Positions 13,808-26,010 of a stretch of DNA of 64,000 bases are shown piece after piece. A program made the translations under genes and the position numbers. Each line of letters begins with the position of its first letter. Positions within the stretch are counted from its first letter, which is position 1. Source of the DNA: Vicugna vicugna (lineage: Eukaryota). Location: assembly GCA_013265495.1 (NCBI GenBank), contig MU058636.1:8200295-8264294 (forward strand). Reading direction: 5' to 3'. Under the pieces are notes generated by a model, which was not told the DNA's origin, searched no databases, and worked only from the letters and a program-made list of their open reading frames with translations.

Positions 13808-13949
13808 CCATTTAGCCTCATTTGTAAAATGGAAACTGTAGTGACACTTACTTCACAGAGTTGTTACGACAAGTGTGGAAAAGGTGCTATGTAAACTGCA
13901 GTGACTCCAGTTGGTTTTTTTTTTTTTCAATTCAGTATTTTTCCTGAGA

Positions 13950-14460
13950 CTAGAGTAAGGACTTTTCTAAAGTCATCAGACAGAAAATCCAAGCCAAACT
14001 GGCTTAAGATAAAAGAAGAGTTTATTGGCTCACATGATTCAAAATTCCGGAGAAGCATCTGATGTTGAAGCAGTTTGATCAAGAAGAGGCTGAAATGTCA
14101 TCGGGACTCACTGTCTGTCCTTTCAGCCTGCTTGCTCCAAGCATAGTGGTTTCATTCTACTTTCATGTAGTGTCAGTATGGCTGTCAGTAGCTCTAGACC
14201 TACAGCCTTCCATGTTCAACCAGTGGAAAAGAGCATAGCTTCCTCAGTGTCTGCACAAACCCTGGGATTTACTCTAAACTGGACCAGTTTGAGAAACATG
14301 CCCATCCCTGATGTGACCAGATTTGATTATGAGGCTAGAGGAGCTGACCCAGTATGAATCACAGGTCCATGCCCAGAGCCTGGATGGGACCTCTGCACCA
14401 CAGGGACCAGGAGTGGCAAAGCATTTGGGGTGTTATAGCCAAAGCAGGGGGTGGTTTCTA
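13950..14460 (-). mobile_element. Old MLT1 (J/K/L-like) LTR
   Basis: 'gacagaaaatccaagccaaactggcttaagataaaag...tttattggctcacatga' and 'catgcccatccctga'. Confidence 0.6.
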
Positions 14461-15669
14461 GACGATTTAAAAAAAAAAAAGTCCATTCCTGGGGTACTTA
14501 ATGTTTCTGAGAGAACGTCATTCTATCCTTAGCTTGCCCTACTCAGGAGAGATAGCTTTCAATGGAAGAAACTTTGCCTTTTGCTTTAAAATAGTCTTCT
14601 GCCTCTCTTTATTTATTCGAAGCTCATAATTATAACATGCTGTATATCTTTTCTTTCTTTCTGGCAGCCAGTTTTCTCCATCTGTTTTTTATTGAATGAT
14701 GTATGGGAAAGCCACATTTTCCTAGCTGGGAAAGCTTGATGAGCCGTTCTCCGTGTCTTTGTGTGTTCTGTTTAACACATTCCTATTTTTAGAGTTTTGG
14801 AAAGATTTATACATATGACTAGTAGCCAGTATTAGCTCTTATAACTCTCTTAGAAAAATGTAAAGTTTCATTTATTCTTGAGCATTTTTCCATGGCTACT
14901 TAGGATATTGTTCTAAATATGTAAAACATTATGGAGATACAATGTTTAATATTTTATGGATGTATTATGAGCGAGTTTGTATCTTTCTCTACCTAATTCT
15001 ATTTATAGTCACTTATTTTTAAATTACTATTCATGCAGGTAAGTAAAACTCAATGAGTTTTTTTCTGAATAATGCTGAAATTAATCATAGGGAGCCTCCA
15101 AAATTTTGCAGTATCAGTTCTCCCAGGGAAAAAGAAAAAAATTCACTTTTAAAGCTTGCACATTATTATATAGCATATCGTTATACTCTATGTTTAAATG
15201 GTAAAGCTGAAGAGTCTTATTTTAGAAAGGAGCATTGGAATGTTCAAATTCTATCACAGTACATTGTTACTCCTGGTAAATTTTCCTGGAAGATAGCAAC
15301 ATAATTAGATCATCGCGGTAGTGCTTTTCCTCTAGTACATTTTCACATCCATGCAGGGGTAGTTTTAATGTTTTTTTTGGTGGGGGGTCTAGATTTGTGT
15401 TTTGATTTTGTAACCTCACTCAGTAACTAATGCTCTTTTGGTTATATTAAGTATTTGTGAATAAATGCACAAATAGCTCAACTGGCCAAAGTAATTGCAT
15501 TTTTATAAAAATGTAATTAAAAAAAAAACCCTATGTGGTCCCCTTCCCACCATCCTGTGAGATAGTTTGGTAAATGAGTAGGAGAGAAAAAATCTGAACA
15601 CTTCTCTGGAATTTCCCTTATCTAAACACACTACTTAAGAAAATCAGGCGCTGTGAGGTGCTTCTGTAC

Positions 15670-16165
15670 TACTAGATTTAATAATATGCTTTGTTTATAA
15701 CCCTGGGTCCACCACTTCCTGTCATGCGGCCTTGTGGGATTGGTTAATTTTCCTGTCCTCATTTTGCCCATCTCTAAAATGGAGATTAAAATATTACAAC
15801 TTCCTAGGATTGTGGTTAGAATTAAAGGAGTTATACCTTATGATACTGAGAAGAGTACCCATGTGGTACTGAGAAGAGATGGTAAGTACTCTGTAAATGT
15901 TGAGCATTACTATGAAATGGAGTGTAGGATGGCAGGTAAGAGCCAAGGCTCTGGGGTCAGACTTGTATGATCTTTTCCTGATTATGCCTTTGGGGAAAAG
16001 TTACTTAATTTCACTGAGTCATAATTCTCTCATTTCTAAAATTGACACAATAATGGTACCAAAATGAAAGGGTTATTGTGAGTTTAAAAATGATAATATA
16101 TATAAAGCACTTAGAATCATGCCTGGGATATGGAAACCCTCAACAATTATAACCTATTATTATTA
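15670..16165 (+). mobile_element. Two tandem MIR SINEs (~15670-15910 and ~15920-16165)
   Basis: Two MIR cores ('ctcattttgcccatctctaaaatggag', 'tctctcatttctaaaattg') and 'taaagcacttagaatcatgcctgg'. Confidence 0.75.
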
Positions 16166-17019
16166 GCAGCATCTTTGTTAGATTACGAACTCCACAAGAA
16201 CACAGAGAAGACATTCACTTAACTCAATTTGCATAGATTCTGTAAGACAAATTATGGAGAAATACCTCTGAGTAACTAGGTTTTAAGTTTGAATTAGCTG
16301 TGCTTTGTTTTTTTCACTCCATTACCTGGTATTATAGTAAGTGGTTGAATTTTTCCAACAAATGTAAGTAAACACACATGTACTAAATGTGCAACAGTTA
16401 AATAGCAAAGCCCTGTGTTAGACAGACGAGGCTTAACTCCAAGAGAAAATGGATCCTGAATCATATAAATGTTTGTATTAAGAGGCAGGAAATAACCAAG
16501 AATAAATGAGCTTAATGGAACAAAGGAGTAGAAGAGGGTCTCAGAGAAATGCTTGAGTATGGACAAGAGTGGATGCACCTAAGAGTCACTCATTCTGCTG
16601 TCACATAGCACAGAAGACATTCACAAACAGTCAAACAGTTGGCATTGGAGAGCCCTAACTTCTGTAGTTTCTGAGTTATGCATACTGGTGCAAAAGAATC
16701 TAGAAAGAGAGAAAAGAAGTATCAGCGTACAAGTGATAGAAATATACTTTATCAGCTCTATACCAATGAAGCACGAGACCCATACTTTGTTAACTGAGCT
16801 TTGAGCAATTGCAGACAATACTTTTTTTTTTTCAGTTGATATATCAGCATCAGTATCAGGAAAATAACCTGCCTAATGAGAACTGGCACGGGAAAAGCAA
16901 ATTTCCAAAAAACCAAAAAGTAGATGTAGGCTGGAAACCGCTGGGATGACGTAAGGAGAGCAAGATCACGACTGGGGCAGTGATATGACTCGTTGTTCAT
17001 GATCAAGGGCTTTGTGATC

Positions 17020-17240
17020 TACAGTGGGTGTTTACTACGTCCCAAGTACTGTGCCAAGTGCTTTAGGCTTATGGTTTCATTTAATAATCACTTCACCCTT
17101 TTAGAGACTACTTTTGTCAGTCCCGTTTTATAGTGAAGTAATTTTTTCAAGGTTGTTTTTCGGTTAGGAATAGTAGAGCTGGAGTGCAAATACAGGCATT
17201 CTGAGTCTAGAATCCATGTTTTAACTGTTGCTTCATACTC
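17020..17240 (-). mobile_element. MIR SINE
   Basis: 'tactacgtcccaagtactgtgccaagtgcttt...catttaataatcac...gtagagctggagtgcaaatacaggc'. Confidence 0.7.
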
Positions 17241-17954
17241 CATATCAGTCCATTATAGAAGAGAAATTTGCAATTGTTAAAAAACACACAAACACACTGT
17301 AGTTATAGCCATGCTTAATAGATAATGAATGACTTAGAATTAACTTTACAATGCAGGTTAAGTTCTCCTTTAATGAATCCCTTTGTGGTTATTATAAAGT
17401 CCTGAGTTAAAAAGACTGCCACCCAAGATAACAGGGAGAACCAGCAGCTTTGCTAGACTGAGGTTGTGGTCCCAGTCGAATGGACTAGTGGACTAGCTGA
17501 GAATTTAACAGGGATTTCCAGAAAATGAAATGGTCTTAGGGTTTGATAAACTTTCCACATATCCCAGATTGATCAGAGGCTATGTGCTTGGGCAACAGAG
17601 ACAGAAATGGGTCAAACCATCCAGACATTTCTGTCTGATAGAATGTCACATGCATAGAGGAGACTCTAGATCCAGCTAGGGAAATACAGAAAGCTTTTTT
17701 TTTTTTTTGAGGAATACTATTAATGAAAATTAATGAATCTCCTTCTTACTAATTCCTCTTATTAATGAATCTTCTTAAGTAGATAATATTTATCCTAATT
17801 CAGATTTTTCCTATTCTGAATGTTGTTTAGTGTCTACTTTGAGAATCAAAGACATTTGTACATGGGATAAACTTTGGGCTGTTGGAAAAATGAAGTCTCT
17901 GAGTATGTCTTTAGGAGTGTATGCATGTGAATAATGGGAATAAATGAATGCTTA

Positions 17955-18090
17955 CTTGTCCATTTATGCACTCAGTAAACATTTACTGAGCACCCACTAT
18001 CTGCTAAGCTCTGAAGAGAAGAAGATATAGACCAACAGACCAAGGCTTAGTAAGACGCAGAAAATCTATTTCACCATCTGAAAACTTGTA
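17955..18090 (-). mobile_element. L2 3' end fragment
   Basis: 'cactcagtaaacatttactgagcacccactat'. Confidence 0.6.
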
Positions 18091-18322
18091 GTTTGTTCAT
18101 GAAGTGTGTGTGTTTGAAGCATCAGCAGCAGGGTTTTTTCCTGTTTACATCATGGCTTTGCAATGCTCTGAGTGGGTGTGCCTGCTAGGTTTGCTAATAT
18201 TCAAATGGCTGTTAATGGTAACATCATTTAAAGCAAAAAATTAAAAAACATATTTGTACTTTTCCCAAAAGCGTCTTTAAACTTTAGTGTTCAAACACAA
18301 GTTTCAAGAGGAAAAGATTTTT

Positions 18323-18858
18323 TTATGATGCTTCAGTCATACGTGGACATACATAATGTTCATTTTCTTATTCTTTTTCACTGTAGGTTACTACAAGATA
18401 TTGAATGTAGTTCCCTGTGCTATACAGTATGAACTTGTTGTTTACCTATTGAATATATATAAGCTAGTATCTGCAAATCTCGAACTCCCAATTTATCCCT
18501 TCCTACCCCATTCCCCCACTGGTAACCATAAGTTTGCTTTCTATGTCTGTGAGTCTGTTTCTGTTTTGTAAATAAGTTCATTTTTTTTTTTTAGATTTCA
18601 GGTATAAATGAAATCACATGGTATTTTTATTTTAATCCTTCTGTCTAACTTCACTTAGAATGACAATCTCTGGGTCCATCTGTGTTGCTGCAAATGGCAT
18701 TATTTTTTATGGCTGAGTAGTATTCTGCTGTATAAATATACCACATCTTCTTTATCTAGTCATCTGTCAATGGACATTTAGGTTGTTTCTGTGTCTTGGC
18801 TATTGTAAATAGTGCTGCTATGAACATTGGATTGTATGTATCTTTTTGAATTAAGGTT
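18323..18858 (-). mobile_element. Young 5'-truncated L1 with TSD
   Basis: Same family as 6856 and 37544; TSD aagaggaaaagattttt (18306-18322) / aaggggaaaagattttt (18859-18875). Confidence 0.9.
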
Positions 18859-19329
18859 AAGGGGAAAAGATTTTTTAAAGTACTTACAAAGTATTTAAAG
18901 AGAAAAAGTTGTGGTAATATAGCCTGAGAGTTTTTTATAAGCTATAATTCTGGGCCACCATTTTGTGAATAATTCCCACTATACATAAGAATATAATACT
19001 TTACTTCATTTGAAAAACTGTCACTAGCGTCATGTTTCTTTTAGAAGGATCCAGACCAGTTTTCATATAGGTTGAGTTTTTCATTGCTGGAAAGGAGAGG
19101 ATACAAAGGGGTGAAAAGGGCAAGTGAGAGGACACTACTCAGATTTTGGCTTTGAGATTCAAAAGAAGAAAACTTGTATGAAAAAAAATAAGGCAGAAAA
19201 TATGCATAGTGTGATCAAACATAGCTTTTCCTTTATTTTATAACTTAAAAAATCTATATTTTGTATGTAAGGAGACAGTTTACTAAAGAGTAAATGCAAA
19301 TTGATGATAATTATTTTTAAAAGTCAACA

Positions 19330-19700
19330 TTACTAATACACAAATGCAAATTAAAGACATGGTGGAATTTGATTTTCAAACATTGGACAATGATGAGCTT
19401 CCCAGTGTTGGTGAGGTTGTGGTGACACAGGCTTCCAGTCCTATGCGAGTTTATATTGATGCCATCTTCTTGGAAATCATTTTAGCACTGCACATGAGTG
19501 ACCTTAAAACAGTTCATACACATTGACTGTAATTTAATTTAGTTCCATCAGAGAGAGACTGAATGTTTAACATTTATAGGTATGTTTGACTATCTAATGG
19601 TAATGAAACAGTGGGTGATTTCTCTCCTTTCTCCCTACTTTTATGTTTCTTGTATTTTTTTTCGTAGTGAGTATATTTAACTTTTATAACATGAAAGTAA
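19330..19700 (+). mobile_element. Old L1ME fragment
   Basis: 'caaatgcaaattaaagaca...cagtgttggtgaggttgtgg...ccatcttcttggaaatcattt'. Confidence 0.55.
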
Positions 19701-19879
19701 TCACAAACATATTTTTAAAAAGTTGCTTCTTTCTGTTGCCAGTTCTGTGAGCAAATGTAAAATGTTTGACAATCAGCTGGAAGCACTGATGTGTTCCTTC
19801 CTCTCTTTGTAAAGAATAAGAAGAGTAGAGAAACTAAATTCAAACTGTTTTGGGAATCATGTGGAATTGGAAAGCCCCA

Positions 19880-20110
19880 GAAATATTTATCTTTATATCC
19901 TTTATATGTATATAAATATAAATATATATTTATATATATTTATAAATATATATATATATATTTATAAAAGATTTGGGAAGAAGAGTGATTTTAGTATTTT
20001 CTTTTTTATACTTCAACATGTTTTAAAAGTGATGATTATAAACATTTCAATTTTTATAATTAAAAACTATATATTTTTAATATATATTATATATACTATA
20101 TATATAAATT
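19880..20110. repeat. AT-rich low-complexity / (TA)n region
   Basis: Directly visible; includes a perfect 30-bp palindrome at 19939-19968. Confidence 0.9.
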
Positions 20111-20765
20111 GGTCATTGTGGGAATAATTAAACAGCAGGTACATGAAAGTTTATTTCTTTGGTATGTATGTTTTGAAAGTAATTTTTAAATGCATCATAA
20201 TCATACTTATTGTATTAGGTTATTTTCATGATATTTTCAGAAAAGCAGAATCCATGAATAACTAATTCAATCCAGTATGTTACTCGGGTGACAACCACAT
20301 GATTGAGATTTTCTTTTGTTTCCTGAAGGCCTAATTCAGGAAAGAGGGCTGGAAAGAGAGTCAAAGAAAGAAAAAGCTCCTTTTCTTCTCTTCCTATCTT
20401 CAGGCTGAATTGTCACATAGGGTAAACAGTTGGTGTGCACTTCCGAAGGGCAGAAGTTGTTAGGCATATTAAGGAAATTTGTTAAGAGAACCAGTATTAC
20501 CCACTCCTAGATAATGATGAGGGGCATAAGAAGGGGACAAAAGGGAGAGGTCAGCTGTTACTTCTCCTTGTTTCTTTCTTCAAAGAGATTCTAGTAATGC
20601 CTAATGGACTCTAATTCTCTTTTCTTTTCCACTCCCTGCCAATTAATTTCCATCTTCTTTTTCCTTTATCTAACTCTGTCTCAATATCAATCTCTTTTTC
20701 ACCCTCCCTCTTACAGTCTTTCTTCTCTCTCACTCTCTCTTTCTGGATCTTTGTTCTAATATAAG

Positions 20766-21214
20766 TGTTTATCTCCTAAGGCTGTTGTAACAAATTACCA
20801 TGTACTGGATGGCTTAAAACGGCGTAAATGTATTCTGTCACAGTTCTGGAGATCAGAAGCCTGAAATCAAGGCGTCTGTAGGGTTGGTTCCTTCTGGAGC
20901 CTCTGAGGGAGAATTCGTTCCATGCCTTCCTGCTAGCTTCTGGGGCTACCACAAATCCTTGGTGTTCCTTGGTTTATAGATGCGTTACTCCAATCTCTGC
21001 CTCCATTGTCTTCATATCACCTTCTCCTCTGTGTGTTCCCCCTTCTCTTTTCTTGTAAAGACACTTGCCACTGGATTTAGGGCTAGCCCTAACCAGGATG
21101 ATCTCATCTTGAGATCCTTAATTATATCTGCAAAGACTCTTTTTCCAAATAAGGTCACACTTGCAGGTTCTGGGTAAACCTATCTTTTCAGGGGCCACCA
21201 TGTGACCTACTACA
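20766..21214 (-). mobile_element. MLT1C-like MaLR solo LTR
   Basis: 'ggctgttgtaacaaattacc...cacagttctggag...ttccaaataaggtcacac...cctactaca'; 5-bp TSD ataag/atagg. Confidence 0.85.
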
Positions 21215-21339
21215 ATAGGAGATCTTTTCTGGCAACATTTCTTTCTACTTTATAACTGTTCTCTGTCCTTAATTCCTACCCTCCAAATTTTCGCTGTCCT
21301 GCCCTCTGCTGTCCAGGATTTGGAATCTACAGCCTCTGC

Positions 21340-21560
21340 TGCAGAGTTTCATGGAACACACTGGTGAGAAAGTTCTAAGGTCAAACCAGTTTAGGAAATA
21401 CTGCATTCCGTACCTTCCTGTTGGAAATTCATAACGCACATTATCACGTTAAGGGGCCAAGAAGTCCTTCTGTCCTATGATTTCCTAAACCATGAAGCTC
21501 CTGCAGCATGCTATGTGGTGCAGTCTTGTGAAACTGTGCTTCGTGGACCTTTGGGACCCA
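21340..21560. mobile_element. hAT-Charlie non-autonomous DNA transposon fragment (MER112/MER119-like)
   Basis: 'ggtcaaaccagtttaggaaatactgcattccgtacc...ttggaaattcataacgcacatta' resembles the recalled consensus. Confidence 0.45.
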
Positions 21561-23184
21561 CCATGGGACAGGTTCCCTTTCCTCTAGCTGCAGCACTACT
21601 TTGGTAGCATTAAAAAAAAACAAACCAAAAAACCACTTCCTACATATCTCTGAGCAGATCTCAGTTTTGTCATTAAGCTCTTTCTTTTTTTGGTAAAAAT
21701 TATCATATTGCCCTTAAATTTTCTACCCTGTATTTTTTGTAGGTGACTGCTAAATTCACATCTCCAAGGTTTCACTTGGATCAGTTAAATTCTCTACATA
21801 TCCTGTCCAGTATTAACCAAGAATGAACAATTCCTTTCTTTCCCCACGTTTTTCGACTGATATCTAAACCTCTTGTTTTCTATCACTGCTCAAAATAACA
21901 GCTTTGAAACATTTTAAATGAATTTTTGTTTCGAACTTCCTATGGAGAGACAGAAGAAAATAACTGGTCTAGAACTTTCATTATCTATATGTGAACCCAT
22001 AAGTCTTCAACATGTTTTAGTAAATATCTTCTAGAACAAACCATACTGTATCATTTAAGTTTCAGAAAGAAGATGTAAAATGGCTGCCTGTTTCGATACG
22101 TGGTTCAGTCATTTAGGCTACTCTCCTAGTCATGGGATTTTCTGCACGTTTTGAATTAGTGTTGGAATTTTAGAAGGTACTAGGCAACGGCGTCACAGAT
22201 ATTTCAGAGCCTCATTCATCTTTATAAATTCCATGTTTTATTGTTAGTTTTCCTCATAACTGTGATAATTTTTCTTTCTACAGGGCTAAAGAAAGGTTTA
22301 AGCTTTTAAAATACCTATAAAATAAAATTTAAAACAAACCTTTTAAAAAGTAAAAATATTTCTCTTTGAGAAGTAATATGCCTAGATTACAGTGCTCTGC
22401 AGAAGTATGTAACTCCGAAGACTGCCTGGTGGCCAAGACTTTATTCTCTAGTCTTAAAACCTTTTGTACACTGAAATGCTGACAAATTAGTCAGAGTATC
22501 AAATAACTATCTAATCCTCAGAGTTTCCATTATCATAGATGACACACACACACTTGGTTTTCTTTACAAAGACCATGACTCCATTTATTCCATTGTACTT
22601 GAGTCTGTCTAACAAGCTTCTGGTTCTACCCAGGGGCAGTGTTTTGAGTGGTTTGCCAAGTTCTTACTGAATGCTTAGGTGTTTGCTGAGCCCAGTCTGA
22701 CAGCCGCTGTTCTCATTTAATGATTTTGCCAGGGACTCGGTAATTCACTTTGTCTCTGGCTTGAGTTGGCATGTATTCTCACTTCTTATAATTTTATAAG
22801 TATGGAAAAAAGTCCTCCTGTCCCCAGTTAAGTCAAATAAATTGAAACCTTACCCTAGAGAAAGAGGGAAATACTGCACATAGAAATTTGCCAAAATTGT
22901 TGATACATCTATGAAATAGGAGAATCTTTGGAGATAGAGGTTAATAAAGTAAATCTATTAAAATGTCATTTGGGTAGTGATAAAGCTTACACTTGATCTT
23001 AATTTCTCCTTCTTTCTCATAATCCCATTATTACAGAAGTTGACTGAAAGAAATGTGACCAAATTCCAAGCATTTCTTCATGGAAATGAAACTTTCAAAT
23101 TCTCTTTATAAGTAAGCTGGGAGTAGAGCTGACATGCAAACTGAATATAGTAGACTTATTGAACTGGTTATTTACTTTTGTGAC

Positions 23185-23600
23185 TGTGGGGGACAATTCT
23201 CTATGAGCCTCTCCTTTGCACATCTTGTGAGCAAAGACACTAAATGCCATTTTGTTCCACACATATTTTCAAGGATATTTGTATAGAGAATATCTTTGAA
23301 AGATAATGTCTTTCTCTCTAACAGACCACAGATGTGCTTATTTTTCAGTATGATGAAGATAATATCTCCTTCCAGAACAAAGATCAGGAAGTTTTTCTTA
23401 CTGCCCAGTGTAGAATTTTGGAGTTATCTAAATTCAGTCTTCTTCAGCTGCGACACTAACCCTGTGGGTGTGGTATCCACCTGGCCCACTCTGCATCATC
23501 CTCATGGGATTTGGGGACCAGGGCGACAGACACAACCATAAAGCTCAGTTTTCATGAGTGAAAATATCTTATGTCTCTGACTTAAGAGTCTTTTCTCAGA
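23185..23600 (+). mobile_element. LTR40-like ERVL LTR
   Basis: 'tgtgggggacaattctctatgagcctctc...gcacatcttgtgagcaaagacact...ttttcaaggatatttgtatag'. Confidence 0.75.
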
Positions 23601-23767
23601 TCCATTAAGTGATAATTCTTTCGGTTTAACTTTCAAAGGCAACTTCACTTCCCCTCTTTCTAAGGTTTCAGGGGGCTGTTCATGATTGCCCTCTTTACTG
23701 TTTCATAGTAATCATCTCAACTCAGATGGGTTTCATAAATTGAAAGACACCAATGTTATTGTTTCTT

Positions 23768-24145
23768 TTATTAGTCAGGATAGGCTGTGTATGCTGTGAC
23801 AACAAATCAACCTCCAAATCTCAGTGGATGAACACAGCCAAGGTTTAATTCTATCTCGCACCGCATTCAGGGAGAATTAGATAACTCTCTAGGAAAGCTT
23901 CATCTTTTATCCTCTACCTGATGATGGATTTAGCCTGTTCCCATTTTGGGTGTTTCCATCTGAATTTGTATATTTCTCACGGCGGAGCAGGGAATGAGAG
24001 TCAGTGGAGAACTTCCAGCCACCTTGACTCCTATCACTTGCTGTTCATTGGCTAGAACTAGTCACATGCTCTTCCACTTGCACAAGGTGATTGAGAATTA
24101 TAGGGGAAACCGTGGGTATTCAGTAAATAGTAATGTCTCTGTTTT
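23768..24145 (-). mobile_element. MLT1I/J-like LTR
   Basis: 'ttagtcaggataggctgtgtatgctgtgacaacaaatcaacctccaaatctcagtgg' and 'cattggctagaactagtcacatg'. Confidence 0.7.
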
Positions 24146-24329
24146 CATGGACATCTTTGCAAATGTTTTTTAAAAGGAGGTTGATTGGCTTAAGTATTCT
24201 CATGCTGGCACTGCATTTAAAAAATTATAGTCTCATAACAAATTTTAGTAACTGCAAAGTGTGAATTCCTACTTCCTTAAAAAAAAAAAGGGTCTTTGCT
24301 ATTTTTGTCTGATTATTCTTCCAGACAGA

Positions 24330-25250
24330 ACTCAAAATCCCTTTTTGGACATTAAAATGCTCTAAAAAATTTAGACATTCTTATTGGAATTGAATTAAAG
24401 CTATAAAGTAATTTAGGAAGAACTGATTTTTTTATATTAATCTTTTAATCAAGAAACAAGACTATATTCTAATTTCTGTAGCAATAAAGATTTATAACTT
24501 CTTTTATAAGATTTATATGTATTTCTAAAATAATTATTCCTAGGCATTTTAGGTTTTTAATTTTTTCTTGTGAATATATTTCTTTCATCTAAATTACCTC
24601 ATGCATTTGATTATGAGAACTGACATTTATTTCTTTGAAAAGATTGACGAGCTACATAAACCTATGGAAAAGCTTACTGAGAAAATGTAGAAGCAAGAAA
24701 AACAAAATGTAGAAAATAAAATGTAAATAATTATATACTTATGTATAAAAAATTTAAAATCTAAAGCAAGTATTATGAACAATCATATACTAATTTGAAA
24801 ACTGAACTGGTGTGGCTACGTTTCTGGAAAAAAACACAAAATGCTGAAGTTGATTCTTAGTCAAATAGAAACACAAAAGAAATAGAAAACTTGGAAAGGA
24901 GATGAAAATAAAGTAAAATAGTATAAAATAAAATAAAATAAATGGAGATGGCAATCAAAACAATCCTGTCTACAAAAGCACTAGGTTGGATGATCTTTCA
25001 GGCTAGTTCTTCCCAACTTCAAATAACATATAGCCTTATTTTAGGTTGTCCAAGAAATTAGTAAAAAAGGCAAAAATTGTGTGATACTTTTTACAGGGCT
25101 AGTATAACTTAGATTCCAGATACCAAAATCTCAAAGACAGAAAAAGAAAGGAAAATTATAGGCCAATTTCATTTATGATTAGAGATGAAAAATCTACAAT
25201 AAAATCGTATAACAGTAATTGAATGAGCGAAACTTACGATTTAAAGAACA
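24330..25250. mobile_element. Old L1 ORF2 fragments (minus ~24330-24570; plus ~24620-25250)
   Basis: 'ttattggaattgaattaaagctataaagtaatttaggaagaactga' (antisense) and 'tctttgaaaagattgac...gaaaattataggccaatttcatttatg' (sense). Confidence 0.6.
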
Positions 25251-25269
25251 TAATAAGATAATTACAATG

Positions 25270-26010
25270 GTAAAATATAATGGAATCAATAATATCTTGA
25301 TTCCCCAACTCTTTCTGCATATGTAGAGTTACCTAGGTGCCTCTAAATAAAAGAATAATGGGTAAAATTAATATTAATGTGATAGTACTCAGAGAATGAG
25401 TATGTGAATGACTCTACTGATTGCGTGGCAAATCCTTCTGCAATCAGTTGGTTTCTAATTCTTTGTTTTCAACAGTATTGGGGAAGGACCTAATTGAGTT
25501 TCCAGCTGATTGAGCATGAAAAATAAATTTTAATTTTAGATCACTGTGTGGTTTTGGTGAAGGAGTACAAAGAATTGAATGATATTTGATAAACAAACAA
25601 ATCAACAAAATTCCTTTTATTATCATCTATTTGTTTATGTGACTAAAGTTTCTTAGCACTTACGCCTATTAAACTTGAAAATGGAAATAGAACTGATGCT
25701 GAGCATCACCTGATTCTAGCAATAGTTAATACTCTCACATGGATACAGTAACTCGTTGGGAAACAAACAAATAAAAAAACCCCTTACCTATTTAATTGAG
25801 GCGTATAAACCAATAAAATTTACTTTTATGTTTAAAATATATGAAAATGTGTGACATTGTTTTGATGAATTGCATATTAATGGTAGTATTAACAAGTCAG
25901 TTCAAAAGAAAGTTTTAAAAGCAGTTTTCTTCCCTATAAGCTCTCACTTGATGCTGAAGCTGCTGACCTGGGACTACATTTCGAGAGACAGGCTTTAACA
26001 CACTTGAGAA
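25270..26010. mobile_element. hAT-Charlie (Charlie7-like) remnant with a MER5-like fragment at ~25920-25995
   Basis: 'aatagaactgatgctgagc...attctagcaatag...caataaaattttacttttatg'; 'tgatgctgaagctgctgacctgggactacatttcgag' resembles a MER5A end. Confidence 0.45.

Larger units (their letters stand above)
12850..13900 (+). mobile_element. MIR interrupted by MLT1A and MER41-type LTRs (MIR pieces ~12850-12926 and ~13808-13900)
   Basis: 'ttaccagctgtgtaatctgggcaagtcatt' resumes as 'ccatttagcctcatttgtaaaatgg' after the inserts. Confidence 0.7.

Noticed and set aside
16770..16783. 14-mer AGCACGAGACCCAT repeated at 57229-57242
   Set aside because: Isolated 14-mer matches are expected by chance in 64 kb; flanks do not align.
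22848..22872. Minus-strand polypyrimidine-TAG-G-GTAAGG resembling a recursive splice site
   Set aside because: An extra G separates AG and GT, and the strand is opposite to the inferred host transcript.
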